Source: the human T2T-CHM13v2.0 reference genome, Homo sapiens. From it: a DNA stretch of 64,000 nt. Numbering within the stretch: the stretch's first letter is position 1; every line of letters begins with the position of its first letter. The position numbers were made by a program, and so were the translations under genes. This document shows positions 28,235 to 42,905 of this stretch, piece after piece. Location: the NCBI RefSeq assembly GCF_009914755.1, contig NC_060934.1, one strand, 5' to 3'. The notes below the pieces were generated by a model. It saw nothing but the letters and a program-made list of their open reading frames with translations. It was not told the DNA's origin and did not search any database.

Positions 28235-28430
28235 TTTATTTTAGTTTGAATTAGTATGGTATATTACCTGGTTAATCTCTGGGGATTTTATTTTTAAACA
28301 CAGATTCCAAGGCCCCCTTTCTGACTGAAAGAATCAGACTCTTTAAGGATGGATACTGGGAACCAATGTTTTAGCAAAGCTCCAAGAGGGGTTGATTATC
28401 AAGGATATGTTTTAAATTATGATCTAAATA
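28235..28430. mobile_element. MER5-like hAT remnant
   Basis: AAACACAGATTCCAAGGCCCC...GAATCAGACTCT...GGGAACC. Confidence 0.55.
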
Positions 28431-28558
28431 ACAGATGCAAATGCCTCATGCCCTAATCATGGAACCCCAGTGCTGGCAGGGGTATTCGATTCCGCTACTA
28501 CAGAAGCCACATTGGATCAGAACTGGAAATTAAGCTACATTGCTAATTAGTCACATAA

Positions 28559-28874
<316 letters not shown>

Positions 28875-29939
28875 TAAGCCTTTTGGATCCATGACCTTTT
28901 CCTAGAGTCATTTACAATATGGCTTTTTTCCTGAAATGGCAAAATTATTTGCCCACTTTTTTTTTTTTTTTGCAGTAATAACTGTTCTTTGAGGAATGGA
29001 ACTAAAATAAAGACTTACAGCATTCTAAGCAGCCACCAGTCATCAGAAAGCAATACCTCTTAGTACTGCTGTCTATTTGAATCAAACATAGCTGTCTATG
29101 GGTAAAAAGGCTCTTGCTTTCACAGAAACTTGATACATTAAAATTCAAATGTCAGATAACTGAAAATGAACTTGATATATTTAATGTATTATTTTTACAA
29201 TCTTGTATACTTCAGGAAAATGAAAGCTTTATCAAGATTAAAATTAAAATTTCAAAATACTAGTTTCCATTTTTAACCAATAGTAGAGAACTGATGGAAC
29301 TATAAAGAAATTGATTTCAATACAACCACAAAGACTTTTTATTTGCTATTTCTAGAGTCCCAGAGTAGAACCATCAGAAAACAGTAGAAAAAGGACAAAG
29401 CTTTATTCACCGGCAGCAGGACAACAGTCATAAAGTGAGCTAGCATCCTGACCAAACACTCCTTCTACCCAGCTCTAGCCTATTGTTCCTAAGCTATGTC
29501 CATGGACCTGGGCAAGGAGAGATATGGAAAATCTTGTTGGTTTCCCAGCAATGTACATATTCTCTCCCTTCTGGAATAAAACAAATGGGTTATGATGTGT
29601 CAAGTTTTCTGCTGTGCCCTAGACTTTTCCCTTCCATTTCCTGTTTTTAACAGTTTTATTGAGGTATAATTAATATATGAGGAACGGCCCAAATGAATGT
29701 ATAAAATTTGATGAATTATACATAGGCTTACACCTGTGATATTAATACCATCAGCACTTATTCCACTTATATGAGGTATCTATAATAGTCAAACTCATAG
29801 AAGCATAAAATACAATATTTATAATTGTTATAGCTTCATGATAAATTGACTTTTATATCACTATATAATGTTCTTTAGCCAGTGTGACAATTTTGAGTTA
29901 AAATGTACTTTGTATGACACACATACATACACACACAGA

Positions 29940-30064
29940 AACAACTCTACTAACATCTCAATTGTGGACTTCCCAGCCTCCTGCACTGTGAGACAATAAA
30001 TTTCTATTGTTTAAGCCACTCAGCCTGTGTTATTTTGTTATTGCAGCATGAGCAGAGTAATACA
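29940..30064 (+). mobile_element. MLT1 LTR 3' fragment
   Basis: GGACTTCCCAGCCTCC...GAGACAATAAATTTC...TTAAGCCAC...TAATACA. Confidence 0.8.
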
Positions 30065-30464
30065 ATAGTAAACATTCTTATGTAAACACTAAAATATTAT
30101 CAATAGTGTATAGAACCTACAAGCCAAAAGATGAAAAAACCCGGATTAAGAAAATTATACACTTCACAAAGGGTAAATAAATCACAAAAAGATAAGTCAT
30201 ACAAAGCATAGGATAATTAAAGGTTGTAACAATGAAACCAAGATTATGATTACGATAAATAAAAACAAAATAAATTCCCAAGTTAATATTTAAAGTTTGA
30301 AAAAATAATTTAGATATACTCCGAAATAATATGAGGGAATATTTTGTAATATGAGGGTATAATAATATATATCCCCAAAAATCATAAAGTACTAGACAAA
30401 TACTAACTAAAATATAATAATATCAAATGTGATATAATTTGAGACAAGAAAACTTCCACTAGAG

Positions 30465-30625
30465 CAACGTTCTTGACGTTGGCATTATTGTCATTTTAGG
30501 GTACTGTTCTGTAAGATGTTTACCAACATTCCTAGGCTCCACCAACTAGATCCTAGTTGTACCCCCATCCAGTTGTCGCACCTGAACATATCTCTACACA
30601 TTGCCAAATGTGAGCACCAATGCCT
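30465..30625. mobile_element. MER20-like hAT fragment
   Basis: GGCATTATTGTCATTTT...GATGTTTACCAACATTCC...CTAGAT...CATTGCCAAATGT. Confidence 0.7.
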
Positions 30626-31249
30626 AGAGGGACATCCCTGGCCTGTCTACATCACTTTACTCACTTCTTGTAGAGTAAAAACAGCTCCTCTGATTGGAAA
30701 GTTTGGCAGAAGGAGCGAACCTGTTAGACTCACCCTCTCCCTTTCTTTTCGGATCAGACAGCCTGCCTGCTTGCAGAGTATTCTTTCTTATTTTCTGTGC
30801 CACATTTGTATAGGTTTTGCCAATGCTGCTTATAGTTGGGTGGGAAACTTAATTCAGAAATATAAAATAATCTTGGCTCACATGCTGACTTTTATTTTTC
30901 AATCTCATCCTTATCAACAATAAGTGTGATATTTTGATCTCCATATGTCTGATTGCCATGGCTGTGTATCATTTAGTTTCAGCTTATTAAAAATGAGTGT
31001 TCGTAATGCCTTAGAACCCAAACAAAATGCCTCTCATTATTAATGTCATTATTAATAATTTTTAACTCCAGAAAACTGCAGTTTTGAAAATTAATTAATT
31101 TGTAGAAGTTGATATAGGAGTAAGAAGTAAACATGGGATTTGAATACAGCCCTGACTGTCTCCAGAGCTTATGCTTTTATAATTATTCTAAATCTGATTT
31201 TGTTACCCTCTTGCTTAATATTATTCAGTACTTCCCCTAACAATTCTTT

Positions 31250-32110
31250 ATCTGTTCATTAATTCAAATATTTAGGTGCCTAGTATGTGTCATACTTTAG
31301 CCATAAAACAATAAATAAAATAGATACAGCCTCCACTCTAAAAATTTTACAATACAGTGCGAGACTCAAACAAGTGACTACTAAAATAAAATGTTGGATT
31401 GAAATAGAGATTAAATACATACAAAAAGAGCACCTGACCTCAACCTGTAGGGTGAGTAAAGCTCTGTAAAAGAAGTGATATTAACTAATGGATAGACAAG
31501 GGAAAAGGTAAAGGGAAAAGGGTATGCAAAGTATTCAAAGTCTCCAAAGTCCGAATGATTATGGCATGCTATTTCAGTCTGACGAGAATGAGAGTAGAAG
31601 AGGTTTGGTAAGGAGTTAGGCTAAAGAAAAACAGAAACTAGATTAAAAAGGAATTTATAAGCCACATTTAGGAGTGTGGGCTTAAATCTTAGCAGATAGG
31701 AAGCCATAAAATATATTTTTAAACAAGGCGGTAAAATTATTATATTTACATTTTATTAAAACAATTAATCTGGCTAAGATAGGAGAGAGAGGAAGGAAAA
31801 AAAAAACAGTAAAAAGTCCAGTCAAAAAAAAAAAAATGTTCAGTCAAAAGACTATCCCGTTGACAAGATGAGAAGAGACATAGAAGGCATCTCAATGCAC
31901 TTAGGAAGTAAGGTAAGCTTGGGAGAAAAGGGTAAAGGAGTTAAGAATGATTCCCAGGTTCTGGGATAGATGGTGCCACCATTTACATAGGTGGGGAATA
32001 TAGGAGGAGAACTGCACTGGGGAGTTAGGCAATCAGGGGAAGACTGACAGCTCATGACTTCAGCCTTAGGTTGAGCTTTAAGCATCTTTCGGGAAATTTT
32101 GATGAACATG
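31250..32110 (-). mobile_element. L2 remnant
   Basis: TTCATTAATTCAAATATTTAGGTGCCTA...AAGAATGATTCCCAGGTTCTGG...ATGGTGCCA. Confidence 0.7.
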
Positions 32111-32331
32111 ACAAAAAAGCAGTACAATATCAATTTCTATTCAATAGTTCTCTGAGAAGTTGCTGTGCATCATACACTCTACGCTGGGCATTGTGGGTGC
32201 AGTATAGAATAAGGCATGCTTTTTTATCTGCCCTATTGATTCTTACCATCCATGAGGGAATATAGAAGCAGAAAAACTAAGTATATTGATAAGTATATTG
32301 ATAAATGCTATAAAAGGGAAGTATGAAAAGG

Positions 32332-32756
32332 AGCAGGTCAGAAAGACAAATATCTATCACATGTTCTCACTCATGTGTAGAAGCTGATCTCAGGGAGGTA
32401 GAGAGTAGAATGATAGAAACCAGAGATTGAGAGGGGTGTTGGGGGAGGTGATGAAGACAGGTGGGTTAATGAGTACAAACATACAATTAGATAGAAGGAA
32501 TACATTCTGTTGTTTGATAGAAGAGTAGAGTGACTATAGTCAACAACAATATATTGTATATTTCAAAATAGCTGGAAGAGAGGATTTGAAATGTTCCCAA
32601 CACATGGAAATAATGAATGCTTGAGGTGATGGATATTCTAAATACTCTGATTTGATCATTACATATTCTATGCATGTAACAAAATGTCACATTTATCCCA
32701 CGAAAATGTACAAATATTACATATCAATAAAAATAAATTTAAAAATCAATCAATAA
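32332..32756 (+). mobile_element. 5'-truncated L1MA 3'UTR
   Basis: L1MA 3'UTR motifs and A-rich tail; TSD ATGAAAAGG (32323-32331 / 32757-32765). Confidence 0.88.
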
Positions 32757-33294
32757 ATGAAAAGGTACAGCAAATGTAATCTACTTTGAAGGTGTTAAAA
32801 TACCCCCTTAAAATTGATATGAAACAAAAAATGTATTATACCTGAAAAGAGATGCCTGATCTGTAAATAAATGGCAGGCCTACTTTACGTTTATTTTCAG
32901 AATATGACATATCAAACTACTGAGATATTAAGCTTTGGAAGATGATATGGTTTGGATTTGTGTCCCCTCCCAAATCGCACGTCAAATTGTAATCCCCAGT
33001 GTTAGAGGAGGGGTCTGGTGGACAATGATTGGATCAAGGAGGCAGATTTCCCTGCTTGCTGTTCTCATAATAGTGAGTGAGTTCTCATGAGATCTAGTTG
33101 TTTAAATGTGTGTAGAACCTTCCCTTCTTTCTCTTCCTCCTGCCCTAGCAATTTAGGATGTGCTTGCTTTCCCTTCACCTTCCTTCATAATTGTACGCTT
33201 TCTGGCCTCTCCAGTAATGCTTCCTGTACAACCTCCTGAACCACGAGCCAATTAAACCTCTTTTCTTTATAAATTACCCAGTCTCAGGTAGTTC

Positions 33295-33910
33295 TTAGAG
33301 GTGAAGCCAGCTGGACTTCCTGGGTCCAGTGGGGACTTAGAGTACTTTTCTGTCTAGCTAAAGGATTGTAAACACATCAATCGGTGCTCTGTGTCTAGCT
33401 AAAGGATTGTAAATGCACCAATCAGCACTCTGTGTCTAGCTAAAGGATTGTAAATGCACCAATCAGCACTCCATAAAATGGACCAATCAGCACTCTGTAA
33501 AATTGACCAGTCAGCAGGTTGTGGGCAGGGACAAATAAGGGAATAAAAGCTGGCCACCCCCAGCCAGCAGCGGCAACCCACTCAGGTCCCCTTCCATGCT
33601 GTGGAAGCTTTGTTGTTTTGCTTTTCACAATAAATCTTGCTGCTGCTCACTCTTTGGGTCTGCACCACCTTTAAGAGATATAATACTCGCCATGAAGGTC
33701 CATGGCTTCATTCTTGAAGTCAGCACAACCATGAACCCACCAGAAGGAAGAAACTCTGGACACATCTGAAGGAAGAAACTCTGGACACATCTGAAGGAAG
33801 AAACTCTGGACATGCCATCTTTAAGAGCTGTAACACCTTGAAGGTCCGTGGCTTCATTCTTGAAGTCAGCGAGACCAAGAACCCACTGGATGGAATAAAT
33901 TCTGGACAGA
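33295..33910 (+). mobile_element. LTR12 (ERV9; LTR12F-like) solo LTR
   Basis: GAGGTGAAGCCAGCTGGACTTCCTGGG start, CACCAATCAGCACTCTG repeats, three 25-bp GAAGGAAGAAACTCTGGACA units; 4-bp TSD GTTC (33291-33294 / 33911-33914). Confidence 0.92.
33370..33550 (+). promoter_or_regulatory. LTR12 U3 promoter: tandem CCAAT (NF-Y) boxes and TATA-like AATAAAA
   Basis: Three intact CCAATCAG boxes plus variants, and GAATAAAAG at 33541; activity is not shown by the sequence. Confidence 0.5.
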
Positions 33911-35131
33911 GTTCTTTATAGCAGTGCAAAAATGGGCTAATACAGCAGATGCTATAGTTCTTAAGCTTTGTAATGACAATCCCAGAGATATGTTCATAAT
34001 CTAATTTTATTTTTGCAATTTACTTTTTCCTAAGCTTTTTATACACCAAATATATTATTGAATAACTTCTATGAGCCATTAGTACAGTTGTGATGGACTA
34101 TCAAAAATGTTATATAAGTGATGGAAAATGAGATTTATTGAAACCAAATGATTTGAGCTTTGACTTAGAATTTATGCTGTTGGTCTTGATCAGATAGTAT
34201 GCAGTTATGGAAAGTTTATGATCTAGTAATTTGTCATGGTCATAGGTCTGCCACAGAAAGACTGATTTATAAAAGCTTTCCTGATAAGCCCATGCTAGTT
34301 TAATGGTATTTTAATGTGTTTTAAACTTGGATCCACCTCACACTATTGTCTGATGTTGTTTTAGTTGCATATTGGTCTGATATTTTAAACATAAATTGTT
34401 CTCCTACATTCCTTACTAATTTGATTATTGATTTTGGAAAATGCATTAACAGTGCTTGGTATGAAGGCATGAACTTAATTGTACTATCAATATTCATGTA
34501 GAGGTCTAATAATAAAAGACAATAAGGAGTTTAATTAAAGGGGCATGAAGATTCCAAACTTTTCCTCCCTTATTCAGTGCTCATTACAATATCAAGGCAA
34601 AATGAAGACTTTGATTTGTTGTTTGATATCCCAGCTAATTAACTGTAATTCCTTTATTAGAAAGTAGGCATAATAAGGTGAAATCAGTTATAGCATCTCT
34701 ATAATCAGGCTGAGGACGATGGAGAAGGTGAAGACTTCATTTTTCCTCAAATAATATGCAGATGAATTATATTTAGCATTTAGCATGAAGTCCTTAAGAT
34801 GCCTAGTTTAGAACTTTAGAGTTTATGGGTGGTGCCAGAGGTCATAAAGTACAGTAATGCATTACTACAAGCAAGGATCAGAGACCTCTAGATGACAGTG
34901 ACAGCTGTCAGCACTCTGACTATAACAATATGAGTCGGATGGACAAAGTATGAACATCGTATCAAGAGGGGTATGGTATAGGTGTAGAACTGGGAAGTTT
35001 GGAATCATATAAAACTTCTAGGAAACCATGAAATGCTTGCTCTCTGTTCAGACTAAGCCTACCCTTTCTTGACTTCATCCAATGACATGCAAGACAATTT
35101 AGGACAACTTTTGACCTCCTGCATAATGGAT

Positions 35132-35220
35132 GTCTATGTCTATATCTCTATAGATATCTCTATATATAGATATAGAAATATAGATATAGATATCCATTTT
35201 ATTTATATATATAAAGCCCT

Positions 35221-35308
<88 letters not shown>
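35132..35308. repeat. TA/GA-rich quasi-palindrome followed by (GT)~26(AT)~18
   Basis: Visible. Confidence 0.93.
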
Positions 35309-35310
<2 letters not shown>

Positions 35311-35739
35311 GTTTCTTTCTCTAACCATAGGATTGGGAAGATTTCTATTTTTGTCATCTGTCTGATTTAAGTTTTATACAATGAACTTATGCTTCTTTCA
35401 TGAACAGGGAAGAATTAATTCATTTACAATCCCTTCTCTAACTTAGCATATATAAATATTTCAACAGACTCGAAGTTATCTACAAGTCTTTTAAGGTTAT
35501 TATAATGTTAATAAATTCCTAGGGAGCAACATATTACCTTTTTAATAGCTTAAATTATTACCTGGACATAGCTGCCACGACTAATATTAATGAAATAGCA
35601 ACTACTTGGAAGCATTACTAATAGAATTTTTTACCTTGGGAGAAAAAGTGCCACAGAAAATAAATTAAATGGCAGTCTACATTATCATGTAGTTATTGGT
35701 ATTAGAACTCTCCATTTGACTGCACGTTCTAAAATTTTA

Positions 35740-36943
<1,204 letters not shown>

Positions 36944-37059
36944 AACTTTTGATTAACAGAAATGGTCTCTATTTTCAGAAGACCTACAGAAATCAGAATG
37001 GCAACAGCACATTTTGTACATTCATAAGAATAATGTTAAGTTGTACTATTTTAGTGAAC

Positions 37060-37230
37060 TTAGAAAGTTACAATCATTGTCCTCAGCATAGCTTTCTCAT
37101 CTCATAGATGTAGAAACTGAGGCCTAGGATAAAAGGATAACTTGCCTAAAGTTTCTCAAATCATTAAAGAGTACAGAAAGAATTTGAACCAAGCTTATCT
37201 AATAATTCTTGACTCTATCATCTGAACTAC
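37060..37230 (-). mobile_element. MIR remnant
   Basis: CATAGATGTAGAAACTGAGGC...TAACTTGCCTAAAGT. Confidence 0.65.
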
Positions 37231-37635
37231 TCTTATTGGTTAATAGTAGTTAACTATTCATTAGAATTTATATGAGGTGTTGGTGGATAAAAGAAGGGTA
37301 GGCTTTATTTGCCATTATTTGTGATAAAAATCCATTCATAATTGAATTGGTGAAATTTCAGTGACTGTTAAATTGGATATCTAAAAAGAGCTAATAAAAT
37401 ATTGAGCAGATTCTCTATAATTTATATGTTCATATATACATGTGTTCATAAGTTAATCACTTGCTTTGCTTCTTTGCTTAACTCATTCATAATTCCTGAG
37501 TGTTCCAATGTTTTCCCCTTTCTTGATTACAGAATGGCTCAGACCAGAAGTTCTTAAAATTCCTTTGGAAATAAACCCATTTAAAAAGTTGTATAAAACT
37601 CTGGGTCTGTTTCATCAATCCTTAAATGCCCACGC

Positions 37636-37659
37636 AAACAACAACAACAACAACAACAA
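37636..37659. repeat. (AAC)n microsatellite
   Basis: Visible. Confidence 0.85.
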
Positions 37660-37711
37660 AAACCCACAAGTGTCCACAGACTATTTAAAGAGTTCATTTG
37701 TCTCCCGAAAC

Positions 37712-37828
37712 TAGAGTGACCACAAACCTGGTTTTCGCAGGACAGTCCTGCTGTATACCTGTTGCCAGTGTCCCAGATGACTGTAATAGTACCCTGATTA
37801 AAACAGTAAATTATATGAACTCTCTACC
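37712..37828 (+). mobile_element. MER94-like hAT-Blackjack MITE
   Basis: TAGAGTGACCA...CCTGGTTTTCGCAGGACAGTCC...AAATTATATGAACTCTCTA; a related half copy appears reversed at ~45045-45103. Confidence 0.55.
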
Positions 37829-37884
37829 TAAAAAGACTTGTATTTAAAATATATATTCATTCTTAATTTTCCTTTTATACTTAA

Positions 37885-39745
37885 TTCTTTATTTTTAATT
37901 TTTGTGGGTACATAGTAGGTATATATATTTATGGGATACATAAGATGTTTTAATACAGGCGTGCAATGTAAAATAAGCACATCATGGATAATGGGGTATC
38001 CAGTCCCTCAAATATTTATCCTTCGAGTTACAGTCAGTCCTATTACACTCTATGAATTATTTTACAATATACAAGTAAGTAACTATTGACTATAGTCACC
38101 CTGTTTCAGTGTCAAATAGTAGGTCTTATTAATTTTTTTCTATTTTTTGTGCCAATTAAGTAGCCCCCTTCCCCCACTCCCCACCCTCCCACTACCCTTC
38201 CCAGTCTGGCAATTATCCTATGTCCATCAGTTCAATTATTTTGATTTTTAGACCCCACAAATAAGTGAGAACATGCGATGTTTGTTTTTCAGTGCCTGGC
38301 TTATTTCACTTAACATAATAATCTCCAGTTCCATCCATGTTGTTGCAAATGCCTGGATCTCATTCTCTTTTATGGCTGTGTAGTTCTCCGTTGTTTATAT
38401 GTACTACATTTTCTTTATCCTTTCATCTGTTGATAGACATTTAGGTTGCTTCCAAATCTTAGCTATTGTAAACAGTGCTGAAACAAACATAGGAGTACAG
38501 ATATCTCCTAGGTATACTGATTTCCTTTCTTCGGGGCATATACCAAACAGTGGGATTGCTGGAACATACGGAAGCTCAATTTATAGGTTTTTGAAGAACC
38601 TCCAAACTGTTCTCCATAGTGGTTGTGCTAATTTACATTCCCACGAACAGTGTGCAAGGGTTCTCTTTTGTCCACATTTTCACCAGTATTTGTTATTGCC
38701 TGTTTTAGGATACAAGTCATTTTAACTGAGGTGGGATGGTATCTCACTGTAATTTTGATTTGCATTTCTCTGATGATCAGTGATGTTGAGCACCTTTTCA
38801 TATACGCATGCTTACCAATTGTATGTCTTCTTATGAGAGATGTCTACTCAAATTTTTTGCCCATTTGTTTATTGTATGACTAGATTTTTTTTTTCCTGTA
38901 GAGTTGTTTGAGCTCCTTATATAATCTGGTCATTAATTCCTTGCCATGTGGGTAGTTTGCAAATATTTTCTTTTATTCTTTGGGTTGTCTCTTCACTTTA
39001 TTAATTGTATACTTTGCTGTGCAGAAGGTTTTTAACTTGATATTATGCCATTTGTCCATTTTTGCCTTGGTTTCCAATGCTGGTGGGAGTACTCCTCGAG
39101 AAATTTTTACCCAGACAAATATGCTAGAGATGTTCTCCAGTGTTTTCTTGTAGTAGTTTCACAGTTAGATATCTTAGATATAAGTCTTTAATCCATTTTG
39201 ATTTGATTTTTGTATATTGCAAGGGATAGTGGTCTAGTTTTATTCTTCTGCATATGGATATCCAGTTTTCTCAGCACTATTTAATGAAGAAACTGTCTTT
39301 TCCCCAGTAAATGCTCTTGGCAACTTTGGCAAAAATGAGTCCACTCTAGGAGTGTGGATTTGTTTCTGGGTAATCTATTCTGTTCCATTGGTCTTTGTGT
39401 CTGTTTTTATACCAGTACCATGCTGTTTTAGTTACTATAGCTCTTTAGTATAATAGTCAGTTAATATGATTCCTCTGGTTTTGTTCTTTTTCCTTAGGAT
39501 AGCGTTGGCTATTCTGGTTTTTTTGTGGTTCCACACAAATTTTAGAATTATTTTTTCTATTACTGTGAAGAAAGTCATTGGTATTTTGATGGGTATTGAT
39601 TTGAATTTGTAGATCACTTTGGGTAGTATGGACACTTTAACAATATTAATTCTTCCAATCCATGAACAGAGAATATTTCTCTATATTTGTGGTGTTCTCT
39701 TCAATTTTCTATTTCTTTCATCAGTGTTTTATAGTTTTCATCATA
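37885..39745 (-). mobile_element. L1MA1/2-like 3' portion
   Basis: TTTTTGTGGGTACATAGTAGG...AATAAGCACATCATGG 3' end, continuing into antisense ORF2 (ORF 39435-39635 is ORF2-like). Confidence 0.9.
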
Positions 39746-39747
39746 GA

Positions 39748-40660
39748 TACTGGATACTAGACCTTTATCAGATGCATAGTTTGCAAAAATTTTCTCCTAT
39801 TCTGTAGGTTTTCTGTTCAATCTGTTGATAGTTTCCTTTGCTGTGCAGAAGCTCTTTAGTTTAATTAGGTCTCATCTGTCAATTTTTACTTCATTGCAAT
39901 TGCTTTTGTAATCTTCATCATGAAATCTTTTCTCATTACTATGTCTAGAATGGTATTACCTAGGTTGTCTTTCAGGGGTTTTATAGTTTAGAGTTTTACA
40001 TTTAAGTCTTTAATCCATCTTGAATAGATTTTTGTATATTGTATAAGGAAAGGGTCATTTCAATCTTCTGCACATCGCTAGCCAGTTATCCAAGCACCAC
40101 TTGTTGAATAAGGAATCCTTTCCCCATTACTTGTTTTTGTCAGGTTTGTAAAAGATCAGATGGTTGTAGGTGTGCAACCTTATTTCTGGGTTCTCTATTC
40201 TGTTCCATTGGTCTATGCATCTGCTTTTGAAACAGTACCATGCTTTTTGAGTGTTTCTGTAGCCTTGTGATGCCTCCAGCTTTGCTCTTTTTGCTTAGGA
40301 TTGTCTTGGCTATTCAGGCTCTTTTTCGGTTCCATATGAATTTTAAAATAGTTTTTTTTCTAGTTTTGTGAAGAATGTCAATGGTAGTTTAATAGGAATA
40401 GGATTGAATCTATAAATTGCTTTGGACAGTATGGCCATCTTAACAATATTGATTCTGCCTATCCATGAGCATGGGATGTTTTTCCATTTGTTTGTCATCT
40501 CTCATTTCTTTCAGCAGTGTTTTTTTGTTCTCCTTGAAGAGATCTTTCACCTTCTTGGTTAGTTGTATTACTAGGTATTTTATTTTTTTGTGACAATTGT
40601 GAATGGGATTGTGTTCCTGATTTGGATCTCAGGTTGACTGTTTTTGGCATAAAGGAATGG
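39748..40660 (-). mobile_element. Second L1 ORF2 fragment (older L1PA/L1PB-like) lacking a 3' end
   Basis: Repeats the ORF2 interval already covered at ~38925-39740 but with clearly different sequence variants. Confidence 0.85.
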
Positions 40661-41971
40661 TTCATTTTAAAACAAAGGTATTAATTAGGCATTTAGATAA
40701 CACAAAGCAAACTTCACTTTTACTCTATATTTATAATTGTGTAGAAACACGTTTACAGATAAATACACATATATGTGTATTTATATAGGAATATGAAGTG
40801 TTTCACAGACCTTTACTTAGAAAAATCAGCTATTATATTATTCTTTCAATTATAAATGTTACTACTTATTTTAATTATAGCAAAAAGCAATCAAAAACAC
40901 TTGATCAAACCAATTTCTAGAGGACAAAACCCTATTTTGAATACAACAGAAAAATTAATAACTTAATTTCTGTGACTGAAACTTACTTTGGAAAAACTTA
41001 GAACAAGAAAAACAATTCAGAAAAAAAATCACTTAATGTCTAAATGTCTGTAAAGAACCTGGAAATAACTGTTTCCAATTTCATAGGGAAATGGCCCTAC
41101 ATACTATAAAGGTGATTTTAAATAATAAATATATTTCCCTCAAAATAAACTAACAATTTGAGATTATCATTTTCTCTAAAAATAATAATCTCCTTGAATT
41201 TTCATCATGACATATGGCTTCACTTAATGTATTGTGCTCTTCAGCATTTTTTTCAACTTTTTTTATCAGGTCTCTACAGTGAAATATTCAATCAAGTTTC
41301 AATGCAGTAATCAAATTATCCTGTTCTTATGATTTCACCTTGTTCTCAGATGTAGTCTCATTTCATCTAATTCTCTGCATAAGAAAATTCCACATTTTCC
41401 GTCAATATACTTGTATTTAATCATAAACAATCATGTCATTTTTTGGCTTGGTGAGAATTCAAAAATGAATTGTTCACTTTTAAGCCTCTTACAAAAGCAC
41501 ATAGAATAAAAACTTGAGTTAATCTTCAAAATAAGATTTAAACATTTCTAGAGCACTCTTAGTTTATTTTTGTTTTTCTTCTTTTAAATGGGACACAATG
41601 TCATTTTGGACAAAACATTTTTTTTCCTTCAGAGCAATTTCAAAAACATTCTAATGCTCCCTACCCCCACCCTCCCCTACACACTCACTCCTTCCTTTGG
41701 AAGACTTGTTTCTCCTCCCCATCCATGTTAATGTTATTCTGCCAAGGGTCTTAATTATTTTATTACACTCACTAGCTATGATAATTGTTTCAGAGTTTGC
41801 ACTTATGTCTGAAGCCAGACTATTCAAACGTTTGCCCCACATTTTTATGTACTGAATCTGAGAAAGACACCTCCCTCCTTTAAGACTGATGAACTGTAAT
41901 AATACAAGCCTGGAGCTGCCTGTATCCATTTCTTTTCTTTCGCATGCCTTGTATAGGAATAGCCTACCTAC

Positions 41972-42331
<360 letters not shown>

Positions 42332-42343
42332 TGCCTACCCATA

Positions 42344-42905
42344 TGTAACAGAATAGAAGTCTGAACTACCAAGTTAGAAGACATACAAACCTCTAGAAGA
42401 CTACCTTCACTTCTGGCACCAACTGCAAGTTTGAACCATTTCCAAAACCATTCTCGTGTTTTATAATTAGCTAGACAGACTCAAAGAACTCACTGAAAGC
42501 TCTAATTCTCATGATTACAGTTTATTACAAGGAAAAGATACACGTAAAAATTATCCAAGGGAAAGAGTGTACATGGCAGAGTCTAGGAAGTTTCCAAATG
42601 CAGAACTTCTGTTGCCCTTTCGCCATGGAATCAGGATGCATTACTCTCTTGGCATTGATGTGTGACAATTATGCAGAGGGTACTGCCAACCAGAGAAGCT
42701 CACCTGAACTTCAGTATTCAGAGTTTCACTGAGGCTCCATTATGTAAGCATGATTAATCTCCCGTGGGGCTGATTTCAGTCTGCATCTAGACTGATACAA
42801 CACGACCCAAAGCCCCCACACTAAGTCACATTGTTGCTCCTTCTGGCATGGTCAGTTCCTACCCTAACACTATACAGGTGGGGCCAGCCAAATTCTTTAC
42901 TCCCC
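42344..42905 (-). mobile_element. MER21/MER77-group LTR
   Basis: AAGACTACCTTCACTTCTGGCACCAACTGCAAG...GAACTCACTGAAAGC...GTTTATTACAAGGAAAAGATACA. Confidence 0.7.

Larger units (their letters stand above)
32943..33944 (+). mobile_element. THE1D/MSTA-type solo LTR, interrupted by LTR12
   Basis: TGATATGGTTTGG start and TTTATAGCAGTG...CTAATACA end; near-TSD GAAGA/GCAGA. Confidence 0.9.

Noticed and set aside
33399-33929. Four overlapping minus-strand ORFs
   Set aside because: They arise from LTR12 tandem repeats and have no coding signature
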